Shown in pieces: positions 27,831-36,479 of a DNA stretch of 64,000 bases. A program made the position numbers and the translations under genes. Location of the stretch: positions 2,667-66,666 of the forward strand of contig CACWOQ010000002.1 in assembly GCA_902762505.1 (NCBI GenBank), written 5' to 3'. Within the stretch, counting starts at the first letter, position 1; every line of letters starts with the position of its first letter. Under the pieces are notes generated by a model. The model was not told the origin of the DNA. It was given only the letters and a program-made list of their open reading frames with translations, and did not search any database. Origin of the DNA: an uncultured Ruminococcus sp. (lineage in GTDB: Bacteria > Bacillota > Clostridia > Oscillospirales > CAG-272).

Positions 27831-28757
27831 TCAACCCTTGATCCCGCTGCGTGATACTCCGCGCATGATGTATTTGCGCAGGAACACGAAGACGAGGAAC
27901 AACGGGATGGATACGATGGTGACGGCAGCCATCTGAGCCGGGTAGTTCGTTTCGCCGAATTCATCGGTGAAGCTCGCTCCGCGCAGACCGTTGGTGATCA
28001 ACTGGTGAGCCGCGTCGTTGGCGACGAGCCTCGGCCAGATGTACGCGTTCCAGGCGCCCATCATTTTCAATATCGTTATCGTTATGATAGTGGAGACGGA
28101 GAGAGGAAGCATTACCTTCCAAAGGTATTTGAAATCGCTTGTGCCGTCGACCTTGGCGGCGAGATACAGCTCGTTCGGGATCTGCATGAAGGTCTGACGG
28201 AGCAGATAGATGTAGAAGACCGAGACAAGCATCGGGAAGATCAGTACCGCGAACGTGTTCGTGATGTCGAACGCCTCGACAGGCTCGGATACGAATGGCA
28301 GACGACCCGATACGGTGAGGTAGTTCGTGATCGTGTACAGCTCGCCGGGGACCATCATCGTCGCCATGAGCAGACCGAACATAAGGTTCCTGCCCTTGAA
28401 CTGAAGTCTCGCGAACGCGAAAGCGCTGAAAACGGTCACGATAAGCGAGAGCACCGTGGAAACTACGCCGACAAACATCGTATGGGCGAACAGATCCATA
28501 AGGTTTGCTTTGCTGAACGCCGTCACGAAGTTTTCAAAAACGAAATTCTGCGGCCAGAGCGTCGGCACGTTGGCGCGGTATTCGTCCATCGTCTTGAATG
28601 ACGAGATTATCATCCAGTAGAACGGGAATATGACGATTATCGCCATAATGCCGAGGAAAAGATACGTAATCGTATAACGGATTATTTTAGAAGTGCGCTG
28701 CGATGCCTTGACGGATTCAACGTTGACTTCTTTTACAGCATTGTTAAATTCAGCCAT
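27831..28757 (-). CDS. ABC transporter permease (MalG-like)
   Basis: The product has six TM segments and an EAA-type loop (ELYLAAKVDGTSDFKYLWKVMLPL). The ATG at 28757 is preferred over the TTG at 28769. Confidence 0.85.
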   Translation of the reverse strand: MAEFNNAVKEVNVESVKASQRTSKIIRYTITYLFLGIMAIIVIFPFYWMIISSFKTMDEYRANVPTLWPQNFVFENFVTAFSKANLMDLFAHTMFVGVVSTVLSLIVTVFSAFAFARLQFKGRNLMFGLLMATMMVPGELYTITNYLTVSGRLPFVSEPVEAFDITNTFAVLIFPMLVSVFYIYLLRQTFMQIPNELYLAAKVDGTSDFKYLWKVMLPLSVSTIITITILKMMGAWNAYIWPRLVANDAAHQLITNGLRGASFTDEFGETNYPAQMAAVTIVSIPLFLVFVFLRKYIMRGVSRSGIKG

Positions 28758-28765
28758 GACGCACC

Positions 28766-29743
28766 TCAATAATGTACTTTCTTCTTACTGACGTAGCCGT
28801 TTATCGCGGTGACTATCAGTATGATGCCGAACAGTATGAGCGAAGCGGCGGAGGCGTTGCCGGAGTTGCTTTTCGGCAGCATGTTGTAAACGTAACCGAC
28901 GAGCGTGTTCATCTGACCGTTTCCGCCCGGACCCATTCCGTCTCCGAATATACCTACGATACTGGAGTATTCCTTGAATCCGCCGATGAAGGACGTTATG
29001 ATGACGTACGCAAGCATCGGGGAAACGAGCGGGATGGTTATGCGGAAGAACGTGCGGATCTTTGAGGTACCGTCGATCTTCGCGGCTTCATAATACTGTT
29101 TGTTGACGTTCTGCAGTCCGCCCAAAAGTACGAGTATCTTGAACGGTATCGCGTTCCAGATGATGTACGTGCAGACAACGAACATGTTAGCGCCCCAGGA
29201 GGAACCGACGTTGACGAAGTTGATCGGCTCTATCCCGAATATTCCTATTATGTTGTTGATTATACCCTGAGTCTGTATAAGGTCGCCGAGACCAACGCGG
29301 GTGAACATGGCGTTGAAGACCATGCCTATCGCTATGGAGTTGGTGACGTAGGGAAGGAAGAACACCGTTTGCAGGAATTTCTGCAGCGGTTTGATCGAGT
29401 TCAGCGCAACGGCGATGAGGAGAGCGAGAGTCGTTGAGATCGGAACGGTTATTACGCAGAGCAGAAGCGTGTTTTTGAGGCACAGCTTGAAGTCGACGTA
29501 ATTGATGACCGTTTTGAAGTTTTCGATACCGATCGTGAACTTCTCGCCGCCGACGATCGCAAGACCGTTGTAACCGTTGAGAAACGCCATTCTGAACGTG
29601 TTCAGGAGCGGATAGAAGGAGAAGATTATGAGAAGTATGAGCGCGGGGGACAGGTAAAGCCAGCCTTTGAACTGATTCTTTACGTCTATGTTGTCGGACA
29701 CGGCGCGCAGCTTCTTCTTTTTCACAGCCTTTTCTTTACTCAT
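28766..29743 (-). CDS. ABC transporter permease (MalF-like)
   Basis: The EAA loop is YYEAAKIDGTSKIRTFFRITIPL. A GAGGTG RBS lies before the ATG at 29743 (MSKEKAVKKKK...). Confidence 0.85.
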   Translation of the reverse strand: MSKEKAVKKKKLRAVSDNIDVKNQFKGWLYLSPALILLIIFSFYPLLNTFRMAFLNGYNGLAIVGGEKFTIGIENFKTVINYVDFKLCLKNTLLLCVITVPISTTLALLIAVALNSIKPLQKFLQTVFFLPYVTNSIAIGMVFNAMFTRVGLGDLIQTQGIINNIIGIFGIEPINFVNVGSSWGANMFVVCTYIIWNAIPFKILVLLGGLQNVNKQYYEAAKIDGTSKIRTFFRITIPLVSPMLAYVIITSFIGGFKEYSSIVGIFGDGMGPGGNGQMNTLVGYVYNMLPKSNSGNASAASLILFGIILIVTAINGYVSKKKVHY

Positions 29744-29753
29744 ACGGACCACC

Positions 29754-30848
29754 TCAGAACCTGATTCTTTCGCCGGTTTCGTTGTTGAATATGAAGACCT
29801 TGTTTCTCTTGAGATCAAAGCGGACGACGTTGTTTTCGCCGGGCGTCACTCTTATGTCGGCGTCGATTATGGCGCGTACGCTCGGCTTGCGGGAAGCGGA
29901 GTTTTCGAAAACGACCGAGCAGTCGCGTCCCATGACCTCTATGTTGACAAGCTTTCCGGTGAGCTTGCCGGACTCGCTCGGTACGAATCCCTCGGGGCGG
30001 ACGCCGACCGCGACTTCGCCGTCGGGCGCGTCAACGTCCATGACGGCGTCTTCGCCGATGAACAGTTTGCCGTGATCGACGCGTCCGTCGAAGGTGTTGA
30101 TCGGAGGCGTGCCGAGGAACTGCGCGACGAACAGGTTGCCGGGATCGTCGTATACGCTCTGCGGTTCGCCGATCTGTTGAACGACGCCTTCCTTCATAAC
30201 GACGATCATATCGGAGATGCTCATCGCCTCTTCCTGGTCGTGAGTTACGAAAACGGTGGTAACGCCTGTCTCGCGCTGGATCCTCCTGATCTCTTCACGC
30301 GTCTGCAGACGCAGGCGCGCGTCGAGGTTGGACAGCGGCTCGTCGAGAAGAAGTACTCTCGGCGTTTTTACGAGCGCTCTCGCGATTGCGACGCGCTGCT
30401 GCTGACCGCCGGAAAGCTCGCTCGGCTTTCTGTCCATCAGCTCGCCGATCTGAACGAGGTCGGCTGCGTGCTGCGCACGGTCAAGCATTTCCTCTTTGGT
30501 GAGCTTTTCTTCACCCTTGAGGTTTTGAAGAGGGAAGAGGATGTTCTGCTTTACCGTAAGGTGCGGATAAAGCGCGTAATTCTGGAAAACAAGACCTACA
30601 CCGCGGTGCTCGGGTTCGAGTGACGTTACGTCTTTGTCTCCGAAAAGGATCTTTCCGCTCGTGGGCTTCTGCAGACCGCTTATCATGTAAAGCGTTGTGC
30701 TTTTGCCGCATCCGGAGGGACCGAGCAGACCTATGAGCTTGCCGTCCGGTATCTCGATATCGAGATCGTTAACGGCTACGACTTCCTCGCCGCTTTTTTT
30801 GTTTCTGCTGGGGAAGCTCTTCGTGAGATGTTGTAATGTGATTCTCAT
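29754..30848 (-). CDS. ABC transporter ATP-binding protein (MsmX/MalK/UgpC-like)
   Basis: It has Walker A GPSGCGKST, the signature LSGGQQQRVAIARAL and Walker B LLLDEPLSNLD, plus a C-terminal regulatory/TOBE-like domain. An AGGAG RBS is present. Confidence 0.9.
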   Translation of the reverse strand: MRITLQHLTKSFPSRNKKSGEEVVAVNDLDIEIPDGKLIGLLGPSGCGKSTTLYMISGLQKPTSGKILFGDKDVTSLEPEHRGVGLVFQNYALYPHLTVKQNILFPLQNLKGEEKLTKEEMLDRAQHAADLVQIGELMDRKPSELSGGQQQRVAIARALVKTPRVLLLDEPLSNLDARLRLQTREEIRRIQRETGVTTVFVTHDQEEAMSISDMIVVMKEGVVQQIGEPQSVYDDPGNLFVAQFLGTPPINTFDGRVDHGKLFIGEDAVMDVDAPDGEVAVGVRPEGFVPSESGKLTGKLVNIEVMGRDCSVVFENSASRKPSVRAIIDADIRVTPGENNVVRFDLKRNKVFIFNNETGERIRF

Positions 30849-30864
30849 ACCGTCTCCTATGCGT

Positions 30865-31674
30865 TTATTTATTTTCAGGTAAATCTACGTTTACCGTCGT
30901 GCCTTTATACGGATCGTACGCGGCGGAAGATTCTGCCGCTTTCTTTTCATATTCGTCGCGCTCGGCTTCTGTCTTGAATATTCGCTGACTTGCCCAGTCA
31001 ACCACGACCGTGTCGGCGAGGACGTCGTGCAGAAGCAGACTTCCGCGGCTTTTTATAAGCGTTACAAGCTCTGCTATGGCAAATACAGCCAACAGTATAA
31101 GCCCGAAAACGCCGGTGACTCCGGAAAAGGAGGTCACGATAACGGCGGCGGGAAGCGCGGCTTCAAGTGTGCCTTTGCCTACAACGCCGCGAACGAAAAG
31201 CACCGGTCTGCTTATTTGAGTGCAGCCGGTGCGCATTACACCGAGCCCGAAAAGAAGCTTACCGGGAGTCCTTCCGTCGCCCGTGAAGGCGGGGATAAGA
31301 AACTCAAGTAAGAGCGCCGATATCACGATGCCCGCGGCGAATATCGAAAACGATATTGCGTAAGAGGTCCTTATCGCGGCGTTCGCCTCTTCATCTGCGT
31401 TTGCCGCGGCGACCGCCGCCTCGTATACCGATCTTTCCTGCTCGGATAATTTGTAGTATTCTTCGCGCGTCATTTTCGCGGTCTCGCTGAATGACACGCC
31501 GTATTCTTCTTCGTATCTGTGTATGATCTGTTGATACTTTTCGTTATAGGAATCCACGTTGAGAATGCTTGACATAAGAAGATAAAGGCCCGCGGTAAGT
31601 ATGGCGGCGATTATTATATCGCAGAGAAACGCAAAAATGCGTTTACTGTATGGCGCCTTCTGTACGTCAGTCAT
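30865..31674 (-). CDS. RDD-family membrane protein
   Basis: KRIFAFLCDIIIAAIL and TPGKLLFGLGV are typical of RDD domains. A GAGGT RBS 8 nt before the ATG at 31674 makes it the preferred start over 31710. Confidence 0.6.
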   Translation of the reverse strand: MTDVQKAPYSKRIFAFLCDIIIAAILTAGLYLLMSSILNVDSYNEKYQQIIHRYEEEYGVSFSETAKMTREEYYKLSEQERSVYEAAVAAANADEEANAAIRTSYAISFSIFAAGIVISALLLEFLIPAFTGDGRTPGKLLFGLGVMRTGCTQISRPVLFVRGVVGKGTLEAALPAAVIVTSFSGVTGVFGLILLAVFAIAELVTLIKSRGSLLLHDVLADTVVVDWASQRIFKTEAERDEYEKKAAESSAAYDPYKGTTVNVDLPENK

Positions 31675-31727
31675 CAACGGATACCTCATAACGGAAAGAT
31701 TTTGACACAATACGACTTATTATATTC

Positions 31728-31756
31728 AGTATAACAAAAATAAAATGTGATGTCAA
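31728..31756 (-). promoter_or_regulatory. Sigma-A-type promoter of the RDD-ABC-nuclease-OB operon
   Basis: On the minus strand: TTGACA (31756-31751), a 17-nt spacer, then TATACT (31733-31728). Confidence 0.65.
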
Positions 31757-31903
31757 GGGTTTTTTATAAGCCGTGTTTAAAGAATTTTTAAATACATTTT
31801 TGCGCGCGTGATATATTACAGCCGGATTTCGGCTGAAAATAAAGCACTGTCAGCGGCAAACGGCGAGTTAAAATTGAAGACACAAATTTTTAATAATATT
31901 GTG

Positions 31904-31932
31904 TTGATTAAAAAGCCCCTATTGTGTATAAT
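31904..31932 (+). promoter_or_regulatory. Promoter of the tRNA-Arg/tRNA-His pair
   Basis: TTGATT (31904-31909), a 17-nt spacer, then TATAAT (31927-31932). Confidence 0.55.
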
Positions 31933-31963
31933 ACACAAGCACCGTTTAAAAAAACGTGTGTAT

Positions 31964-32040
31964 GTACCCTTAGCTCAGCAGGATAGAGCAACTGCCTTCT
32001 AAGCAGTAGGTCGCCGGTTCGAATCCGTCAGGGTACGCCA
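31964..32040 (+). tRNA. tRNA-Arg (anticodon UCU)
   Basis: Acceptor GTACCCT/AGGGTAC, D-arm GCTC...GAGC, anticodon stem ACTGC/GCAGT with loop CTTCTAA, T-loop TTCGAAT, and an encoded CCA. There is one C-U mismatch in the T-stem. Confidence 0.9.
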
Positions 32041-32043
32041 TAT

Positions 32044-32121
32044 GGTGGATATAGCACAGCTGGTTAGCGCGTCAGGTTGTGGCCCTGAAGGTCGCCGGTT
32101 CGAATCCGACTATCCACCCCA
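32044..32121 (+). tRNA. tRNA-His (anticodon GUG) with encoded G-1
   Basis: An extra 5' G pairs with discriminator C73 (G-GTGGATA...TATCCAC-C-CCA). The anticodon stem is TCAGG/CCTGA with loop TTGTGGC. Confidence 0.9.
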
Positions 32122-32123
32122 GA

Positions 32124-32151
32124 AAAAGGACTTGCATTGCAAGTCCTTTTT
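32124..32151 (+). terminator. Intrinsic terminator after tRNA-His
   Basis: GGACTTGC-ATT-GCAAGTCC followed by TTTTT. Confidence 0.8.
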
Positions 32152-32152
32152 C

Positions 32153-32284
32153 AATGAAGTCGCCCTCTTACGAGGGCTAATGAAGGAATGAAGACGCTGA
32201 CGCTAATGAAGACGCTCCCTGCGGTCGCTAATTAAGGAGCGGGGCGACTTCGCTTCATTAGGCGCTTTGAGCCGTCTTCATTAG
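32153..32284. repeat. Array of seven copies of the motif (CT)AATGAAG(ACGC) in both orientations
   Basis: Forward copies lie at 32153-32159, 32177-32185, 32187-32197 and 32203-32215, with the variant CTAATTAAGG at 32228-32237. Reverse copies lie at 32253-32261 and 32273-32284. There is also a long-range inverted pair, GAAGTCGCCC (32156-32165) / GGGCGACTTC (32242-32251). Confidence 0.8.
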
Positions 32285-32492
32285 TTCCCGTTCTCTCATT
32301 TCTCCCGTTCTCTTGATTAAGTCACAATTTATCTCGACGAGCAGACGTATAAATCCCTCGACGCCGACTGCGCCTCGATCCGCGTAATGCTCATCGCCTC
32401 GATCAATGCGTCGAAAGAGAATAGCCGAGGTTGAAAAATTTACATCTTTCTGCTATAATGAACTCAACAAATCTGGATTTGGAGAGGTGAAA

Positions 32493-32741
32493 ATGGATCA
32501 GAGAATAATCAGCGCACATAATTTTTGCACAAATAATAAACCTATGCTTTTACATGACAACAAATGCGGATGCTTTTTCTGCTTGTCTATATTTGCTCCT
32601 TCTGAAATCAACGAGTGGATTGAAGACACAAAGGGGACAGCTCTTTGCCCGTACTGCGGTATTGACTCTGTCATTGGAGAGAGTTCCGGATATCCGATAA
32701 CAAAAGCATTTTTATCAAAGATGAAAGAATACTGGTTTTGA
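32493..32741 (+). CDS. Small Cys-rich (CxC..C ... CPxC) zinc-ribbon-like protein of unknown function
   Basis: A GGAGAGGTG RBS lies before the ATG at 32493. The 82-aa product carries CGCFFC...CPYCG. By eye the local AT content is clearly higher than in the flanking genes. Confidence 0.55.
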   Translation: MDQRIISAHNFCTNNKPMLLHDNKCGCFFCLSIFAPSEINEWIEDTKGTALCPYCGIDSVIGESSGYPITKAFLSKMKEYWF

Positions 32742-33071
32742 ATCGACAAATTCCGGCTTGTCGAAATAAAGACGCATCTATTCTGCACGTTTGCAAGTGG
32801 CGAACTGCATCTAAAATGTACATTTGCTTTTCGCCGAAATGCCCGAAAAAGCCGGTTTTTTATGGGAATGCATCTAAATTGATCGTCACGCTCATTTTTC
32901 AATGATGTTTGCCCTGTCGGGCAAATGATGTGCGCTTCGCGCAGTTAAAAGGCGAACAGAGTATCACTACAGCGGACTATCGCGCCGTCAGCGCCGCAAA
33001 AAAACGCTTGACAAACAAACTGTTATATGATATGATAAGAACGTCACAAACAGCAAAATGTGAGGTGCCGT

Positions 33072-33764
33072 ATGAATAATAACGAAAACAGCATTTATTA
33101 CGAATGCATGATCACGGTCGACGCCGACCACATGAAAAAAACTCTGACGTCGCCCGTCAATCAGCCGATGAAGACAGCCATAATATTGAATTATATCGCT
33201 TTCGCCGTCTTGACCGTGTTCGGCGCCGCAATACTGCTTGTCCCCGCGCTGATCCGTAATCTGAGCGGCATGCGCGCATTTATTCCTTCGGGGATATTAG
33301 CTCTGATCCTCGCGATCTATCAGATACTTAAATTTCCGGCTGTATACGGTGCCATACAGTTCAAACGCTGTGCAAAGGGCAGAAAACAGTTCGCCTGCCG
33401 TCTCAGATTCGACGGGGAAAAGATCGTATCCGACGACGAAACCGGTGATATCAGATCATACTATTACTCAAATATCACGGGAGTCTATGAGAACGACGAA
33501 GCGTTCAATCTTCTGATAGACAACGCCGTTCTCCTCCGCGTACCGAAGACCTCTTTCGTGTTTGGAGACCCCGTATCTTTCGGCGGGTTTATCCGTTCCG
33601 TTTACGCGCCGCAGAAGTATTCGGCAAAACGCTTTAATACGGGCAACGTGATGGTCATTATTGCCGTCGTCGTTTTCTTCTTATTACTTTGTTTTCAGCT
33701 TTTCCTGGTATTCGTGGATGCGTTTTTAGTGCTGCATGAGGATTATCATCTGCTTATGTTGTAA
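33072..33764 (+). CDS. YcxB-like membrane protein
   Basis: A GAGGTG RBS lies before the ATG at 33072. Two TM helices are followed by a soluble domain ending ...FNLLIDNAVLLRVPKTSF, as in YcxB-family proteins, and there is an extra C-terminal TM segment. Confidence 0.5.
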   Translation: MNNNENSIYYECMITVDADHMKKTLTSPVNQPMKTAIILNYIAFAVLTVFGAAILLVPALIRNLSGMRAFIPSGILALILAIYQILKFPAVYGAIQFKRCAKGRKQFACRLRFDGEKIVSDDETGDIRSYYYSNITGVYENDEAFNLLIDNAVLLRVPKTSFVFGDPVSFGGFIRSVYAPQKYSAKRFNTGNVMVIIAVVVFFLLLCFQLFLVFVDAFLVLHEDYHLLML

Positions 33765-33770
33765 AAATAA

Positions 33771-33811
33771 CCGTGTGACCGGGTCATGTTTCCGGTCACA
33801 CGGCTTTTTTT
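33771..33811. terminator. Bidirectional intrinsic terminator (YcxB-like gene / clpB)
   Basis: CCGTGTGACCGG-N9-CCGGTCACACGG is a perfect 12-bp stem with an A-run before it and a T-run after it. Confidence 0.85.
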
Positions 33812-36389
33812 ATTTGATTACAAGCTCTCCGTCACAGACGTCGACCGTGAGAGTATCCCCGGGCGCCGGATCGTCGCGGATGATCTTTTCCGCGGCGAGC
33901 GTTTCGACGTGCGACTGCAGATATCTCTTCAAGGGTCTTGCGCCGAACGCCGGATCGTAGCCGTGATCGATAACGAACTGCTTTGCGTCGTCCGTAAGCG
34001 TCAGCTTCAGCTGCTTTTCCTCGAGCCTCTTCGAAATGCCCGCGAGGAGCAGATCTATGATCTTATACATATTCTCACGCGTAAGCGGCTTGTAGAATAT
34101 GATCTCGTCGAGCCTGTTGAGGAATTCCGGGCGGAAGCTGCGGCGGAGCAGCGCGTTTACGCCGTCCCTCGCCTCATCCGATATCTCCCCGTTCCGGTCA
34201 ATACCGTCGAGTATAATATCGGAGCCGAGGTTGGACGTGAGGATTATGATCGTATTCTTCATATCGACCGTTCTGCCCTGACTGTCCGTGATCCTGCCGT
34301 CGTCAAGCACCTGCAGCAGTACGTTGAAAACGTCCGGGTGCGCTTTTTCTATTTCATCGAAAAGCACTACGGAATAAGGCTTTCTCCTTACAGCCTCGGT
34401 AAGCTGACCGCCCTCGTCGTATCCAACGTATCCGGGAGGCGCTCCGATAAGACGCGATACGGAGAATTTTTCCATATATTCGCTCATATCGATCCTGATC
34501 ATGGCGCGTTCGTCGTCGAAAAGCGCCTCCGCGAGAGCCTTTGCAAGCTCCGTTTTACCGACGCCGGTGGGACCGAGGAAGAGGAAAGAACCGATAGGTC
34601 TGTTCGGGTCCGATATTCCCGCACGCGAGCGGAGTATCGCCTGACTTACCTTGCGTACAGCTTCATCCTGCCCGACGACGCGCTTGTGAAGGATATCGTC
34701 AAGATGCAGAAGCTTCGATTTTTCGCTTTCCATAAGCTTTGAAACGGGGATGCCGGTCCAGCGAGAGACGATCTTCGCGATCTCCTCCTCGGTGACCTTG
34801 TCACGCAGGAAGGATTTTTCCTTGCCGTCCGACGCTTCTTTTTCCGCCGCTTCAAGCTCAGACCTGAGCTTCGGCAGCGTGGAGTATTTCAACTCGGCGG
34901 CTTTTTCAAGATCGTATCTGTTTTGCGCGGCTTCGATCTGCGCCTGTGTCGCCTCGATCTTTTCGCGCAGAGACTGCAGTTTTCCGATGCCAGCCTTCTC
35001 GTTTTCCCAGCGCGCTTTCATTTCGTTGAACTCGTCGCGTTCACGCGATATCTCAGCCTTGATCTCTTCAAGTCTGGATTGAGACAGCTTGTCCGTCTCC
35101 TTTGAAAGCGCCGCGACCTCTATTTCATGCTGCATGATCTTACGCGAGATCTCGTCCATTTCGGTCGGCATGGAGTTCATTTCCGTCTTTATCAGCGCGC
35201 ACGCCTCGTCGACCAGGTCTATCGCCTTGTCCGGCAGGAACCTGTCGGAAATGTATCTGTCGGAGAGGACCGCGGCGGAAATCAGAGCGTTGTCCTGGAT
35301 CTTTACGCCGTGGTATACCTCGTATCTTTCCTTGAGACCGCGAAGTATCGTTATCGTATCCTCGACGGACGGCTGCTCTACAAGTACCGTCTGGAAACGT
35401 CTTTCAAGCGCCGGATCCTTTTCGATGTATTTTCTGTATTCGTCAAGCGTCGTCGCACCGATGCAGTGGAGCTCGCCGCGGGCAAGCATAGGCTTCAGCA
35501 GGTTTCCGGCGTCCATCGAGCCCTCGGTCTTGCCGGCGCCGACAACCGTGTGAAGCTCGTCTATGAACATAATTATCTTGCCGTCCGATTTTTTCACTTC
35601 GTTCAGCACGGCTTTCAGACGCTCTTCGAATTCACCTCTGTATTTCGCGCCGGCGATCAGCGCGCCCATGTCGAGCGAGAATATCGTCCTGTCCTTCAGA
35701 TTGTCCGGCACGTCGCCGCGGACGATACGCAGAGCCAGCCCTTCGGCGATCGCCGTTTTGCCGACGCCCGGCTCGCCTATAAGGCACGGGTTGTTTTTCG
35801 TTTTACGCGAGAGTATGCGGATAACGCGCCTTATCTCGTCGTCACGCCCTATTACAGGGTCGAGCTTGCGCTCGCGCGCGAGCTTTACAAGGTCCTGACC
35901 GTATTTTTCAAGCGCCTGATACTGATCCTCCGGCGTTTCGCTTGTGACTCTGCTGTTTCCTCTAATGTTTTTGAGAGCGGAGAGGAATTCGTTTTCCGTT
36001 ATGTCATAAGTTCTGAATAACTGTTTGAGCTTGTCGTCAGGATGCTTCAGCATACCCATGAAAAGATGCTCGACGGATACGTATTCGTCGTTCATCTGCT
36101 GAGCCTTCTTTTCCGCTTCGTCAAGCGCCGCCGACAGCTCGGACTGCATATATAACTGCCCGCCCGACTGCTTCGGAAGCGATTGCAGAGCGGTGAGGAC
36201 GGAATTTTCAAAAGAGCTGTTGTCCACGTTCATTGAGCGCAGAATCTGAGGCAGAAGCGCGTTTTCCTGCGTTAAAAGAGCGTATAAAAGATGTATTTCG
36301 GTAAGCTCCGGATTGCCGTATTCACGCGCGCAGTTCTGCGCAGACTGCACGGCGTTCACGCTTTTCTCGGTCAATTTATTGTAGTTCAT
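33810..36389 (-). CDS. clpB: ATP-dependent chaperone ClpB
   Basis: The ~859-aa product from the ATG at 36389 ([10 protein letters not shown]) has two AAA+ modules ([10 protein letters not shown] and [10 protein letters not shown] Walker A motifs), a long coiled-coil middle domain and a Clp_N repeat. Confidence 0.95.
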   Translation of the reverse strand: MNYNKLTEKSVNAVQSAQNCAREYGNPELTEIHLLYALLTQENALLPQILRSMNVDNSSFENSVLTALQSLPKQSGGQLYMQSELSAALDEAEKKAQQMNDEYVSVEHLFMGMLKHPDDKLKQLFRTYDITENEFLSALKNIRGNSRVTSETPEDQYQALEKYGQDLVKLARERKLDPVIGRDDEIRRVIRILSRKTKNNPCLIGEPGVGKTAIAEGLALRIVRGDVPDNLKDRTIFSLDMGALIAGAKYRGEFEERLKAVLNEVKKSDGKIIMFIDELHTVVGAGKTEGSMDAGNLLKPMLARGELHCIGATTLDEYRKYIEKDPALERRFQTVLVEQPSVEDTITILRGLKERYEVYHGVKIQDNALISAAVLSDRYISDRFLPDKAIDLVDEACALIKTEMNSMPTEMDEISRKIMQHEIEVAALSKETDKLSQSRLEEIKAEISRERDEFNEMKARWENEKAGIGKLQSLREKIEATQAQIEAAQNRYDLEKAAELKYSTLPKLRSELEAAEKEASDGKEKSFLRDKVTEEEIAKIVSRWTGIPVSKLMESEKSKLLHLDDILHKRVVGQDEAVRKVSQAILRSRAGISDPNRPIGSFLFLGPTGVGKTELAKALAEALFDDERAMIRIDMSEYMEKFSVSRLIGAPPGYVGYDEGGQLTEAVRRKPYSVVLFDEIEKAHPDVFNVLLQVLDDGRITDSQGRTVDMKNTIIILTSNLGSDIILDGIDRNGEISDEARDGVNALLRRSFRPEFLNRLDEIIFYKPLTRENMYKIIDLLLAGISKRLEEKQLKLTLTDDAKQFVIDHGYDPAFGARPLKRYLQSHVETLAAEKIIRDDPAPGDTLTVDVCDGELVIK

Positions 36390-36417
36390 ATATATTCTCC
36401 TTTCGGTAACACTCAAA

Positions 36418-36444
36418 TTAGCACTCTATACATCCAAGTGCTAA
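36418..36444 (-). promoter_or_regulatory. CIRCE element (HrcA operator)
   Basis: TTAGCACTC-TATACATCC-AAGTGCTAA compared with the consensus TTAGCACTC-N9-GAGTGCTAA gives 17/18 matches in the arms. It lies between the -10 and the clpB RBS. Confidence 0.85.
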
Positions 36445-36447
36445 CAT

Positions 36448-36476
36448 ACTATACCACATAAAACCGGATTTGTCAA
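36448..36476 (-). promoter_or_regulatory. Sigma-A-type promoter of clpB
   Basis: On the minus strand: TTGACA (36476-36471), a 17-nt spacer, then TATAGT (36453-36448). Confidence 0.75.
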
Positions 36477-36479
36477 TAC

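Noticed and set aside
31808-32002. 64-aa ORF on the plus strand
   Set aside because: It runs through the tRNA promoter into tRNA-Arg, has no RBS, and is AT-rich intergenic sequence.
31964-33811. Integrated prophage or ICE at the tRNA-Arg/His locus
   Set aside because: No integrase, recombinase or phage gene is present, and I could not find a direct repeat of the tRNA 3' end. Only a small AT-rich islet with repeat arrays can be supported.
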